Part shown: positions 18,114 through 28,079 of the stretch, piece after piece
How positions within the stretch are numbered: position 1 is the stretch's first letter
Layout of the letters: each line of letters begins with the position of its first letter
Source: Candidatus Jordarchaeales archaeon
Lineage (GTDB): Archaea; Asgardarchaeota; Jordiarchaeia; Jordiarchaeales; Freyrarchaeaceae
Length of the DNA stretch: 32,000 nucleotides
Reading direction: 5' to 3'
Assembly: GCA_038858525.1 (NCBI GenBank)
Contig: JAWCFL010000010.1
Location: 30,001 to 62,000 of the forward strand
Notes under the pieces: model-generated
Databases searched by the model: none
What the model saw: only the letters and a program-made list of their open reading frames with translations
What the model was told of the DNA's origin: nothing
Translations under genes and position numbers: made by a program

Positions 18114-20138
18114 TTAAGTTAATCCTAGTTCTCTCTCCATTCGGTAATCTTCAAGTAGCTTTTCTAGTTGTCTTTTCCGTTTTTCTCGTTCAGCCTTCTC
18201 TTTTTCTTCAAAGTAACGCGAAAGTAGAGCGTCGAATTCTTTCTTGTCGACCACGGCAAACTCGTCGATTTGTTTCACGTTAACCTCGTCCGAGAAGAAA
18301 ACAGGTATGTTTGCTTCCAAGAAAGCTTCAAGCGCCATGTGAGACATGGCGGTCTCGGAAATAACGGCTTTAACTCCTTTCTTTATTAGGAGATCCGCAG
18401 TAGCCCTACCGCCCCCGCTTCCATCCAGCAGGAACACTATATCACCTTTGTTTATTCCGACTGCTTCATCGGTTTTATGTATTTCATTCTGGGTGAATCG
18501 CTTTATAACCTTTAGAGGATAAACTACTCCTCTGATCTCCATCATTCTCATTCTTTTCATATTAGTAATTTCATGCCGAGCCTTAGAAAGCTCTTCTTTT
18601 AGATCGAAAATCACGCGTTTAAGAGCTTTAATTTCTTCCTTGTAACGTTCAAGTATTCTTTCAGAATCCTCTGGCTTAGCACAGACACTAACGTTCTCTA
18701 ATACGTCTCTGAGACGCTGAAGCTCCTCTTCCAACCGACCCTTTTCTGCAGCCAAAGTAGCATTCTGTTCTTTAACGCGAATAAGGCTTCGCCTCAACTT
18801 TTTAATTTTAACCCTATACGACTCCAATTTATTGAGCAAAACAGCTAAGTTTATTTGTTGCGGTGGCCGTTCCTCTTTAACTTCTTCTGTCGCTTTTGGT
18901 TGTGAAAGCGTACTTATTGCCTCCGAAACGGAGAGACCCTTCAACAGCATTATTTTTAATTGGTCGGATGGAACATAGTACCCCATGGACCTAGCTCTAG
19001 CCTCAGCCCTTTCAAACTTATTTTTGAATGCTAAGAAAGCTTTAAGGGCGGAGGCTAAGGCATCCCTTTGATGCGAGTCTTGAACTTTAATATGTCGCTC
19101 TTCAACGAACTTTTGCACAAGCTCTCTTTTCTCGGAGATAGTAAGGCTTCTCGGTGGATAAAAGACTCTCGAGTTAAGGATGCCTGCTAGCTTATCAAGA
19201 AGGCTTGGAGGAGGATTCACGTCAGACGCAATTATAGTAGGCACGCCGAGGGAAGTAAGTTTTCTGACGAGAGCCATTCTAGATAGGTCTTTCTCGCTTT
19301 CTAGCAAAAGAAGGTTGCCGTTGAGGTCTAGCACAGCAATGCCACACGTAACTCCTGGGTCTAAGCCAACAATCAACCCTTTCTTTGGAGCGGGCGCGCT
19401 GGGGATTTGGGAAAGCGGGATCCACTCCAGACGCTCAAGTAGTATAGGCTGAACAGCCACAATTACGTCTCCTCGATAAGACTTAACAAGCCGTTCCACA
19501 ACGCTTCTTTCAGCGTAAACAGTAAACTTACTACGCTTAGCTCCACCCTCTACTTCCTCCACGTATAGGTCATACTCCAGTCCAGCATCGTCAAGCCGCT
19601 TTTGTATTTCCTTTGTCGTCTGGAGGACAAGGTTATACACGCGTCTTCTAAACCTCTCCGAGCTCCACCCCCCATGACCTGGACAGCGCCCCCTCGCAAT
19701 TATTATTCTGGTTTCGTTCTCGAAAACGCGTACAACATACCCAACCCCTCTAGACGCTAGCTTAGCGCATATTTCAGCTGTTTTAACAGGTGAAAGCTCC
19801 CCTACTTGGATGCCGTTTTGAGAGGCGACCACGGAAAGAGGTAAAGTGCCGTTAACCGGGGAGCCAGTTACCTGCACCAGCCTTGTGAATGAAGGGCAGC
19901 TAGCTATGAAGGAAATGATGCCCTTCTGGTTTGAGGCGAGCTCAAACACGTTATCTAGGGCGACTACATCCGGTTTAATGGAATTTATGAGGGCTATCAG
20001 CTCTCGCTTACTAAGGCGATCATAAGTGCGCTCTTCTCCGTTATTCAGTAAGAAAGCAGCGTATTTTGGGGGGGTCTTAGACGAGGGAGAACTCGTGGGT
20101 AGAATATCGACCCCAAGCACCCGCTTAAACATCTCCAT
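18114..20138 (-). CDS. DUF460-domain protein (COG2433-like): RNase-H-like domain plus long coiled coil
   Basis: GVDIL, VALDNVFELA, IVGLDPGVTCG, IASDVNPPP and HQRDALASA, followed by a heptad-rich C-terminal region. Confidence 0.75.
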   Translation of the reverse strand: MEMFKRVLGVDILPTSSPSSKTPPKYAAFLLNNGEERTYDRLSKRELIALINSIKPDVVALDNVFELASNQKGIISFIASCPSFTRLVQVTGSPVNGTLPLSVVASQNGIQVGELSPVKTAEICAKLASRGVGYVVRVFENETRIIIARGRCPGHGGWSSERFRRRVYNLVLQTTKEIQKRLDDAGLEYDLYVEEVEGGAKRSKFTVYAERSVVERLVKSYRGDVIVAVQPILLERLEWIPLSQIPSAPAPKKGLIVGLDPGVTCGIAVLDLNGNLLLLESEKDLSRMALVRKLTSLGVPTIIASDVNPPPSLLDKLAGILNSRVFYPPRSLTISEKRELVQKFVEERHIKVQDSHQRDALASALKAFLAFKNKFERAEARARSMGYYVPSDQLKIMLLKGLSVSEAISTLSQPKATEEVKEERPPQQINLAVLLNKLESYRVKIKKLRRSLIRVKEQNATLAAEKGRLEEELQRLRDVLENVSVCAKPEDSERILERYKEEIKALKRVIFDLKEELSKARHEITNMKRMRMMEIRGVVYPLKVIKRFTQNEIHKTDEAVGINKGDIVFLLDGSGGGRATADLLIKKGVKAVISETAMSHMALEAFLEANIPVFFSDEVNVKQIDEFAVVDKKEFDALLSRYFEEKEKAEREKRKRQLEKLLEDYRMERELGLT

Positions 20139-20174
20139 TTTAACCCATCCTTAACCTATCCGAGAGCGGATAGC

Positions 20175-21053
20175 CTAGCTTTCCGTGACATAGTTTAGAG
20201 CTTCTGACAGGCTTAATTTAATACCGAACTTTCTTTTGAAGAAGGATAGGACGTTATGCAAGTCTCTTTCGAGCAAATAGCGTGACGAGACGTGCTTAAC
20301 AGGAACATACTGTGGCCAATCGATCAAAAAGACGCCGGATTCAGGGGACACGATCACGTTGTACTCGCTTAGGTCTCCATGAATAACGCCGCATTGGTAG
20401 GCTAGCTTTACATTTTCAAGTATCAATTCTAAGACATCATACGGTTCCGATAGTGACCTGCAACTGACCAGTTCTTCACCTTCTATGAAGCCCATAACTA
20501 ATATGTGCCTGTTTAAGTAGACTGGCTCAGGAACTGCAACACCGTTAGAGTGGAGTATTTTAAGGGCAGCATATTCTCTTTCAGCGGACTTACAAGAAGC
20601 CGGGAACCAATTTGACCTGGTAACTCCTCTCTTAACATAGCTCCGTGCTCTCTTCACATGTACGAAGCTCGTCCTACCAATCCTGTGGGCTTTAACGGCA
20701 ACCCGTCTACCGGAGGGAGTCAAAGCTTCATAGACATCCGACTCTTTTCCAACGCCGAGTTTAGAGCCGAAGAACTCTATTGTGCCTGAGTCTGCGAGAA
20801 CATTTAGAGCTAAAGCGTCGTAGCCGTGAACCGTTAACCTGTAGCCTACATAGTCAGCTATCTGCCGCGTGACAAGCTTAAAATCATGAAGTCTTTTAAG
20901 AATACTCGAAGCTCTCTCCTTACGGAGAGATGAGTAACGAGCGATAAGGTCTACGGGAACAAACTCGTATGTTTTCATGCCTTTTTCGAGTGCATGTAAA
21001 ACCTTGTAGTCATGTGCACTGAGGTTACGGAGACTTCTCGCCAGCCACTTCAT
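20175..21053 (-). CDS. rio2: RIO2-family atypical protein kinase
   Basis: N-terminal winged helix (GYDALAL), GVGKESDVY, HGDLSEYN and IDWPQ. Confidence 0.92.
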   Translation of the reverse strand: MKWLARSLRNLSAHDYKVLHALEKGMKTYEFVPVDLIARYSSLRKERASSILKRLHDFKLVTRQIADYVGYRLTVHGYDALALNVLADSGTIEFFGSKLGVGKESDVYEALTPSGRRVAVKAHRIGRTSFVHVKRARSYVKRGVTRSNWFPASCKSAEREYAALKILHSNGVAVPEPVYLNRHILVMGFIEGEELVSCRSLSEPYDVLELILENVKLAYQCGVIHGDLSEYNVIVSPESGVFLIDWPQYVPVKHVSSRYLLERDLHNVLSFFKRKFGIKLSLSEALNYVTES

Positions 21054-21267
21054 CTAGTCACCTAGAAGCTTATAGAATTCAGAAGCTTTTATTTTTTCTC
21101 ACCGATTTACAATTTGAAGCTACACTTAGCATCATGATTAAATTTTTTTCTTATTTAAATGGAGAAAAAGTTCTAATTTTCTTTTTATGTAAAACAGTAT
21201 AGAAAAAATTTATAAGTTATTAATGTTTTATTCTTCTGCGGATTAACGCTGAAGGAGGAAGCGGACG

Positions 21268-21564
21268 TTGACTGTGGAAACAGGCGAAGAGGAGCTTGTG
21301 GTAAGCGATAAAAAAGCCATAGAGATAGCAAAGGCGCTCTCCTCTGAAACAAGATGGGAGATAATCAAGATCATATGTGAGAGGAAAATGGATGTGAGCA
21401 GAATAGCTGAGACCTTAAATCAGACAGAAGCCAACATATCGGCGCAGATAAAAATATTGGAGAAGGCAGGACTAATAAGAAGCTATTATTCTCCGGGCCA
21501 GCACGGCGTAAAAAAGGTCTGCGAACCTGCTGTTAAGCGCGTAGTAATAGTTTTATCTGATTAA
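21268..21564 (+). CDS. ArsR-family HTH transcriptional regulator
   Basis: KALSSETRWEII...VSRIAETL...NISAQIKILEKAGLI. Confidence 0.82.
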   Translation: MTVETGEEELVVSDKKAIEIAKALSSETRWEIIKIICERKMDVSRIAETLNQTEANISAQIKILEKAGLIRSYYSPGQHGVKKVCEPAVKRVVIVLSD

Positions 21565-23066
21565 GTTTGCCGAAATGTTTCGCTTGCTTCAAAGCGTTTA
21601 GCTGCATCCTCCATAGTTTCCTCATAAGTTGAGGGAGATGCCTTTTTCTCTCTGACTTTTAGGAAGAGGGGAGCGTTAACTGCACTACCAACTATTAGTG
21701 CTTCTCCTACGGGGAGGTCTGCTATCATGCTAAGAGTCTCGCGGGTGATCATTTCGGAGGAGAGTTCTATGGCTTTCAGGTCATTTGGGTTGGTCACTCG
21801 CAGTATGATGTGGGTATTAGCCTGACTGAGGACGCTTGTTGCAAGCCTCACTGGGCGCTGAGAAATGAGGCAGAGTGAAAAGTGGAACTTTCTTCCCTCT
21901 CTCGCTATAGTTTCGATTATGCTTTTTGAGAGAGCTAGCTCCTGCTTCGCCTCGGGGCAGAATTGGTGTGCCTCCTCGAGTATTACGAGGGACGGTGGAA
22001 TAGTGCCACGCCTCCTCAGCTCAAATAGTCTCTGGAGAACGTAGGCAACTATCATCTGCTTTTTCCTCAGGCTTAGGACGTCACTAAGGTCAAGTATTGC
22101 TGCTCGGCCGGGTTTGGCTTCTTCTGGAAGATACGGGTTTTCCTCTACTCCGAAGAGCTGCGTATCCTCCAGTTCATAGAGCCAGCCTAACAAAGCTTCC
22201 TTCGTTCTAGGATTCATTTTTTCATCTTCCTCAAGAAGCGAGACAACATCAGATAGAGAGTAAGTTTCACCTCTTGCCTTTCTTACCTCAGAAAGTAGGC
22301 GGCTTAGCTCACGCATTTGAACAGGGCTCATCTCAGGCTGAAACATGGCTAACTGTCTCTCTGTGAATAGTGGCGTGGCGAATTGAACGTAGGAACCTTT
22401 TATTACAGACACTGCCCGAGCAAGCTCCCAGCTGCTATCTTGAGATAACGCCGTATACTCGCCGTGAACGTCAACCACCAAGGAGAATATTCTTCCTTTA
22501 TCTCTACTTCTCGAGAGAACCTCCTCTAGAAGAACCGTTGCAAGGTATGACTTTCCGGAGCCGCTCATAGCAAGGATGGCCAAATGTTTTTGTAATAGAC
22601 GCGTCATGTTGAGCTTAACTGGTACGTTATGATACCTCATGAAGCCTATCTCAAGCCCGTTTTCCTCGTCGAACCCGAAGAATCTTGAAAGAACGTTTCT
22701 TTCCGCCAGGTAAACCTTCTCTCCAGGGGAGGGGGGAAAGTTTATCTTGTCAAAACCTTCTTCTCTAAGAACGCCGAGAGGTTTGGCTGTTGCGATTAGC
22801 ATGTCCCACCTATCACATGGGAAAATTGATGAAAGCATCCTCCCGCTTCTCTCAAGCTCTTTAACAGCCTCGGCATGATAATAGAAACGGTTTGTCTTCA
22901 TTACTTCCTGCACAACTGCTAACAGTAAGCCATCCTCGGTTTCGAGTTGGACAAGTTGCCCTCTCCTTACAGGAACTACTTCAGAAGACGTAACGACGAA
23001 CGTAAACTCGGAGGTAGTCGGCCCCCGGTCGGTGCATATTACTGTTCCAACAGACTGCATTTCCAT
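21561..23066 (-). CDS. herA: HerA/FtsK-family helicase-ATPase
   Basis: N-terminal HAS barrel, Walker A SGSGKS, DVHGEY, Walker B ILEEAH, REGRKF and SQRP. Confidence 0.88.
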   Translation of the reverse strand: MEMQSVGTVICTDRGPTTSEFTFVVTSSEVVPVRRGQLVQLETEDGLLLAVVQEVMKTNRFYYHAEAVKELERSGRMLSSIFPCDRWDMLIATAKPLGVLREEGFDKINFPPSPGEKVYLAERNVLSRFFGFDEENGLEIGFMRYHNVPVKLNMTRLLQKHLAILAMSGSGKSYLATVLLEEVLSRSRDKGRIFSLVVDVHGEYTALSQDSSWELARAVSVIKGSYVQFATPLFTERQLAMFQPEMSPVQMRELSRLLSEVRKARGETYSLSDVVSLLEEDEKMNPRTKEALLGWLYELEDTQLFGVEENPYLPEEAKPGRAAILDLSDVLSLRKKQMIVAYVLQRLFELRRRGTIPPSLVILEEAHQFCPEAKQELALSKSIIETIAREGRKFHFSLCLISQRPVRLATSVLSQANTHIILRVTNPNDLKAIELSSEMITRETLSMIADLPVGEALIVGSAVNAPLFLKVREKKASPSTYEETMEDAAKRFEASETFRQT

Positions 23067-23072
23067 CCCCCT

Positions 23073-24254
23073 TCAGATAGGGAGCATCTTGTCCCTTGGC
23101 TTTAAGAAGCTTGGCGGGATACCTATCTTGTGAGCAAGCTGGTCACATATAAAATCCATCTCTTTCTCGGCAAGCTTCGCCTGCGCGTGGGCTTCAAGCT
23201 GCACCGATGGAAGAGCATACTCCGGATGATGCATAGAGAGAGCCATTATGGCGGACGCCACCTTTCTAACTTCACCTGTAGGGTTTCCTGTAGCGAGAAA
23301 CTCGACTCTTATCGGTCGGTCTAGCTCCGCCGGCTTAAGATAAGTTATGTAGAAACGGTCACGCCAATCCTTGCTCACGTCCTTTAATACGGGATGCACA
23401 TTCGGGTTATCTGAGTACCTTAAGATCATGCTCCTTTCACCCTTATCCAGCAACCTGAAGAAAAGTTCTGAGTCAAGCAGGCTACGTATAAAGAGACGGT
23501 AATCAAAGGAGAGTATTTCCCTGAACGCCTTGTTTTTCTCCACTAGGGTGGGTATAACGCTTGAAAGTAGCTGGACGAAACGCGTACTACGTGTGTCCTT
23601 AACTACTCCGGCGAGCGATACACCGTTCTCAACACATGACCTGTAAAGCTTTTCAAATAACCCTAGAACCTTCAAGTACTTTGCTTCTAATCCGGGAGTG
23701 TAGGGTTTATCGCTCGCCTGCGGAAGTAGGCTTCCATCTAGGAGAAGCAGGTCTATGTCGTATTGTTTCTGTACATTGATGGCTACCTCTAATTCGTATG
23801 ATAGCCTTTCGAGCCCCGCTGAAACATCAAAGTCCATCTGTGAGAAAGGGTCAGCGTTAAAAGTGATCTTTGGTGGAGGATGCTCTTCGGGATAATAGTA
23901 GGCGCTAACCCGGCCTCCGACTTCGTATTTAAATATAACAGCGACAGCCCTCACGGCGATTACATCTATTAACCGAAGGCTCCTGCTAATCAGTCCTCCA
24001 TCGACGCTAGCAACCTTTAACCCCGTTAGGTCTGCCGGAGGGGATGGATAAGCAAGCTTGCTTTCAACTATGTCGTTGAAGGCCTTTTTTATTTCCTCGT
24101 CAAAGATCTCTTCTCCCTTAAAACGCCTAAGGACGCTTACAAGCATGTCTCTTCCCTTCTCTAGGCGTTTAACTTCAGAAGCTATGCTCTCCAGTTGCTT
24201 CTCCAAGTTCCAAGCAAAGCCCAACTTCTTATGTCCCCTCCGCAAATACGCCAC
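23073..24254 (-). CDS. nurA: NurA 5'-3' nuclease
   Basis: ASVDGG, LLLDGSL, GVVKDTRS, DSELF, RVEF and YALPSVQLEAHAQAK; directly upstream of herA. Confidence 0.85.
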   Translation of the reverse strand: MAYLRRGHKKLGFAWNLEKQLESIASEVKRLEKGRDMLVSVLRRFKGEEIFDEEIKKAFNDIVESKLAYPSPPADLTGLKVASVDGGLISRSLRLIDVIAVRAVAVIFKYEVGGRVSAYYYPEEHPPPKITFNADPFSQMDFDVSAGLERLSYELEVAINVQKQYDIDLLLLDGSLLPQASDKPYTPGLEAKYLKVLGLFEKLYRSCVENGVSLAGVVKDTRSTRFVQLLSSVIPTLVEKNKAFREILSFDYRLFIRSLLDSELFFRLLDKGERSMILRYSDNPNVHPVLKDVSKDWRDRFYITYLKPAELDRPIRVEFLATGNPTGEVRKVASAIMALSMHHPEYALPSVQLEAHAQAKLAEKEMDFICDQLAHKIGIPPSFLKPRDKMLPI

Positions 24255-24341
24255 TAAAAAGAGTGAACGAAAAAGAGAAATTCTTTTCTGATAAGCAACA
24301 TTAAAAATAGAAAGAGCTGGAGGACAAAAAGGACGTTTGAA

Positions 24342-25358
24342 CTATGTGACTTCTCTTTTTTCCGTTATTATGCAGGATGCTGTTAATGGAACTACCGTAA
24401 GGAGGACGATTACTATTAGCGCCGTGGATGGGTCTACCATTCTTGAGATGATGAACTCCGAGAAGAAGCCGATCATTGTTATGATGTTCCAGAGGCTTTT
24501 GTAGTAGTTGAGGAAGCCGAGAGAGTGGTAATCTATCAGTTGGCTTGCCAGCCCGGGTATGTCGAAGAACCTTAAGTAGGAGGATAATCCTGCTCCTCCG
24601 AAGACGATTAACATGTTGGGAAGTATAGATAGTAATAGTAGAACTATGAGCGATGTTACTCCAGCAATTATTGACCTATCGATTAGTGAGGAGAAAAGTA
24701 TGGTTATGGAGCCCACGGCAAGTATGAAGAGCCACGTGAAGAATATCAGTATTAGTAATAGATTGATGGTTTCTGAGACACCTGTGAAGAAGAGGGATAG
24801 AGGGGCAAGCAGCGTTGCGGCGTATGTGAAGTAGGCTAGAGAATATGTTAGAGCTGTTAAAGCCAAGCTCACTATGGCAAAGGCGAGAAACTTTGAGAGC
24901 ACCAGCTGAGTCCTGTAAACCGGCTTTGAAACGTAGACGGGAAGTGTCCCCTTTTCCCTTTCGGACGCTATGAAGCCACAGGTGAGAAGGGTGACAATGG
25001 CTATTATTGGAATGTTCAGGTAGTATGTGGTGGCGCCTATGGTGTAGCTTATTACACCCCTTTGAACAGTCTGAACTCCCATAGCTGAAGAGAAAATGTC
25101 TCTGAACGTGTCAATGGCACCATTTTCGAATATCCCATTTAAGAAAAACGCTTTTTCGATTTCAGCTAGGAGCTGAGGGTATTGCGTAGTCGCGTACGAT
25201 ATCAGTATTAGCTGCATGGGGAGGAGCATGAGGATGGAGAATATTACGAATGCTCTCGTCTTGTAAAGTGACTTTATTTCCTCTACCACTATGAAGGCTG
25301 TCTGGGAAAGTACTATCTGAGCCTTGTCTGTTAGGGAGAGAGACGCCATAATGGTCAC
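24342..25358 (-). CDS. ABC-2-type transporter permease
   Basis: Multiple TM segments with IASEREKGTL...KPVYRTQLVLSKFLA. Confidence 0.85.
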   Translation of the reverse strand: MTIMASLSLTDKAQIVLSQTAFIVVEEIKSLYKTRAFVIFSILMLLPMQLILISYATTQYPQLLAEIEKAFFLNGIFENGAIDTFRDIFSSAMGVQTVQRGVISYTIGATTYYLNIPIIAIVTLLTCGFIASEREKGTLPVYVSKPVYRTQLVLSKFLAFAIVSLALTALTYSLAYFTYAATLLAPLSLFFTGVSETINLLLILIFFTWLFILAVGSITILFSSLIDRSIIAGVTSLIVLLLLSILPNMLIVFGGAGLSSYLRFFDIPGLASQLIDYHSLGFLNYYKSLWNIITMIGFFSEFIISRMVDPSTALIVIVLLTVVPLTASCIITEKREVT

Positions 25359-26281
25359 CCACTACTGCTTTCAGAAACAAGCTGGAGAAAGACCTCCTGT
25401 AACGCCCCGCCGATCGGGGCAAACTTCACAATGCGTGCGTCCACCTCGGCGAGGACCTTAGGAATAATTCTTCCGACAGAGTCCATGTCGGAGGATGACA
25501 CTATTATTCGTTCACCGTCGATTGATGCATCCACACCATTTTCCTTCAGTAAGACGAGAACTTCATCTTTTTTGTCGACCACTAGCTCGTATCTTCCCGA
25601 CTTGCCGTGGACAAGCTCCTGCACGATGTCCTTTAACTTTCCCTGCCTGAGCGTACGCCCTCTAAAAATGATCCCCACGTAGTCGCTCACCATTTCAACC
25701 TCTGAGAGAATGTGGCTTGATAAAAGAACGGTTTTTCCGTCTCGGACGATATCTCTCACCTTGTCAAGTATTTCCTTTCTCCCGATGGGGTCTAGGTTTG
25801 TCGTAGGTTCGTCAAGTATTAGAAGGTCTGGGTCGCCCATTAACGCCTGAGCCAAACCGAGCCTCTGCTTCATGCCGGCACTCAGCGTTCCTATCGGCTG
25901 GTCTTCCCATCCCTCAAGCCCAACCCAAGCGAGGATTTCTTTCGCAGCTCTTTCAGCTTTAAGAGGCTTCATGTGGTTCAGTATGCCCACATACTTGAGA
26001 AAGTCAACGCATAAAACATGATTATGGTACTCTATTCTTTCCGGGAGGTATCCTATCCTTCGCCTCACGTTGTAGCTTCCCGCCTTCTCGCCAAAAACAC
26101 GCACTTCTCCTCCGCTAGGTTCTAGCAAACCTAGAATGATCTTTATGGTCGTTGTTTTCCCGGCGCCGTTAGGACCCAAAATGCCAAAGCAGACTCCTTC
26201 TGGAACCTCCAAATTCACGTCGTCAAGCGCCGTGAATTTACCAAAGACCTTTCTCAGCCCACTTATCGAGATAGCGCTCAT
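25355..26281 (-). CDS. ABC transporter ATP-binding protein (exporter type)
   Basis: GPNGAGKTT, LSAGMKQR, ILDEPT and SSHIL. Confidence 0.92.
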   Translation of the reverse strand: MSAISISGLRKVFGKFTALDDVNLEVPEGVCFGILGPNGAGKTTTIKIILGLLEPSGGEVRVFGEKAGSYNVRRRIGYLPERIEYHNHVLCVDFLKYVGILNHMKPLKAERAAKEILAWVGLEGWEDQPIGTLSAGMKQRLGLAQALMGDPDLLILDEPTTNLDPIGRKEILDKVRDIVRDGKTVLLSSHILSEVEMVSDYVGIIFRGRTLRQGKLKDIVQELVHGKSGRYELVVDKKDEVLVLLKENGVDASIDGERIIVSSSDMDSVGRIIPKVLAEVDARIVKFAPIGGALQEVFLQLVSESSSG

Positions 26282-26971
26282 CTACTTCTTCCTCCTGATT
26301 TTCGGTATAGAGAAGAAGAAAGCGACGAGAGACGGGATAAGGCTGAAGGGCAAAATAACTCTAAAATAGTAGTTCTTGGAAATGCTCAATTGCGCTCCCA
26401 GCACTGACTGTAAACGGTAGACAGTCACAGAGTCTCCTTGCCTGACCTTTAAGTCCATCAGGAAACCGCTTCCCTTATCGTACTTAGCCACCGAAACAGT
26501 TTCCCCATCACCGTAGAAAAGTATGACCGCGCTCCTCGCAAGCTGGTTAACCCACTCATCGCATTCTCCAACTACAATGAACGAGTTTCCTTCAACGTCC
26601 ACAGTAAACCCTAAAGGCAGCGCGGGAGGAACCCACCAAAGTATACCTCCCTGAGAGGCGTTATTCTCCCTCGTGAACAAATCCACCTCAACCGCCCGAA
26701 CGTCGCCCAACCCATCCCTCACCGAGAGAGTGATCGACGTGCCGTTGAACGAGGAGGACCAGACCGCCACATACGAAATGGAATTAAGCGTCGCTGTACC
26801 GTTCTCTTGAACCACGTAATTTTCCTTCAAATAGTAGAGAAGAAAGGGGCTAGTGGGTAAAGAGGCTGACGGGGAAGGAGAAACATAGACCCACATGCAA
26901 AGAGAGGCGACGACCACGCCTATTACTGCAAGAGCTAAAAGGAGCTTGGCTGTCTCTCGAGCTGAACTCAA
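26282..26971 (-). CDS. Membrane-anchored protein of unknown function
   Basis: N-terminal TM, beta-rich middle, and a C-terminal TM with basic tail KIRRKK; abuts the ABC ATPase gene. Confidence 0.7.
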   Translation of the reverse strand: MSSARETAKLLLALAVIGVVVASLCMWVYVSPSPSASLPTSPFLLYYLKENYVVQENGTATLNSISYVAVWSSSFNGTSITLSVRDGLGDVRAVEVDLFTRENNASQGGILWWVPPALPLGFTVDVEGNSFIVVGECDEWVNQLARSAVILFYGDGETVSVAKYDKGSGFLMDLKVRQGDSVTVYRLQSVLGAQLSISKNYYFRVILPFSLIPSLVAFFFSIPKIRRKK

Positions 26972-27630
26972 CCATGAACCCTCCCACTAAACTTCTTCTT
27001 AACCAGCTTGTTAATAGACACAACCACCAAAGGAAGAAGGAAAGAGCTCAAGTAGCAGGCAACCATGAAATTTCTCGCTTCAGGGGGCAGCTCCCCCGGG
27101 TTTGGCATTATGAAAGAAGACACCGCCTCATCAGACTTAAGGTGAACATCCTTTACACTCCCATTAGAATAAGTAACGGTCACTACCAAGTCAAAGGAAA
27201 AAGACACAGGCAACCCCGCCGTATCCTGCCAGACCACTAGAAGCTCGGAGACATAGATGGGTGAAAAACCAATAAGCGTAGAGTTGAACGCCTTATCAGA
27301 CAAGAAGGCATCCCGTGCAGGAACCAAGAAGCCCCTTGAAACAACACTCCCATTACTCGTCCCTCTCAGCATCAGACTGTTCACTCCAGCTGTCGGAGCA
27401 GGTGAAGCAGTCATCATGAGCGACCAGCTTCCTATTCCTCCCTCGATCAGGATGCCAGTATCTACTGTGACGTTGAAATTAACGCCACTTCCATCAGCGT
27501 TAGGAAAAGTGTAGGTATGTCTCACTGGCTGAGCACTAACTGGGCCTGACGTGAAAACAGCGCATGGAGCAACCAATGCTAAAACTAAAAGAAAGACCAG
27601 CAGTCCAACAACGCGACGTTTGCTGAGCAT
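26968..27630 (-). CDS. Secreted or membrane-anchored protein of unknown function
   Basis: Signal peptide (MLSKRR plus hydrophobic core, AQP) and C-terminal TM with KKK; 4-nt overlap with the next gene. Confidence 0.7.
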   Translation of the reverse strand: MLSKRRVVGLLVFLLVLALVAPCAVFTSGPVSAQPVRHTYTFPNADGSGVNFNVTVDTGILIEGGIGSWSLMMTASPAPTAGVNSLMLRGTSNGSVVSRGFLVPARDAFLSDKAFNSTLIGFSPIYVSELLVVWQDTAGLPVSFSFDLVVTVTYSNGSVKDVHLKSDEAVSSFIMPNPGELPPEARNFMVACYLSSFLLPLVVVSINKLVKKKFSGRVHG

Positions 27631-27679
27631 GACGCCCCCGCCAAATATGTCGGTCTAAGATACATTCCGCAGCCACCCA

Positions 27680-27697
27680 TTTATATAAGTGTTTTCA
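27680..27697 (-). promoter_or_regulatory. Candidate BRE/TATA promoter for the ABC-exporter operon
   Basis: The minus strand reads GAAAAC-AC-TTATATAAA about 50 nt upstream of the ATG at 27630. Confidence 0.4.
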
Positions 27698-27917
27698 TCA
27701 TGGCAAGCCAACTAGCAACAACCAAAGATCCAGAAGAAAAACCTGCGTCTAGAAAAAAATCGCGCCGTGCATTACCTCAAAAGCCAAGCTCCTATCCAGC
27801 CCATTTAATTCCATTCCTATTCCTTGAAAGTCTTCCCTTTACACCATCAACGAACGACACAAACACCCAAAAGACAAAGCAAAGCGACTAGAAAGGAGGA
27901 AAACAAGTTAACACGCC

Positions 27918-27943
27918 ACGACAAGACTAAACGACAAGACTAA
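27918..27943. repeat. Perfect 13-bp tandem duplication (ACGACAAGACTAA x2)
   Basis: Read directly at 27918-27930 and 27931-27943. Confidence 0.85.
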
Positions 27944-27988
27944 AAAATCGTGTAAACAGTAAAAGCACACGCAAAAACGCGGAGAAAC

Positions 27989-28004
27989 CCAGAATTTATT
28001 TAAG
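27989..28004 (+). promoter_or_regulatory. Candidate BRE/TATA promoter for mat
   Basis: CCAGAA-TTTATTTAAG about 75 nt upstream of the TTG start; GGAGGGG Shine-Dalgarno at 28066-28072. Confidence 0.4.
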
Positions 28005-28079
28005 GGCTCCGAGCCTGAATGAAGCTGAGGAAACCTATAGGAACAGATACCTCACACGAAACATGGGAGGGGCAACGCG

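Noticed and set aside
27700-27891. 63-aa ORF in the divergent intergenic region
   Set aside because: No recognisable motif or SD. It points away from the adjacent minus-strand promoter region and is explained by stop-poor A/C-rich composition.
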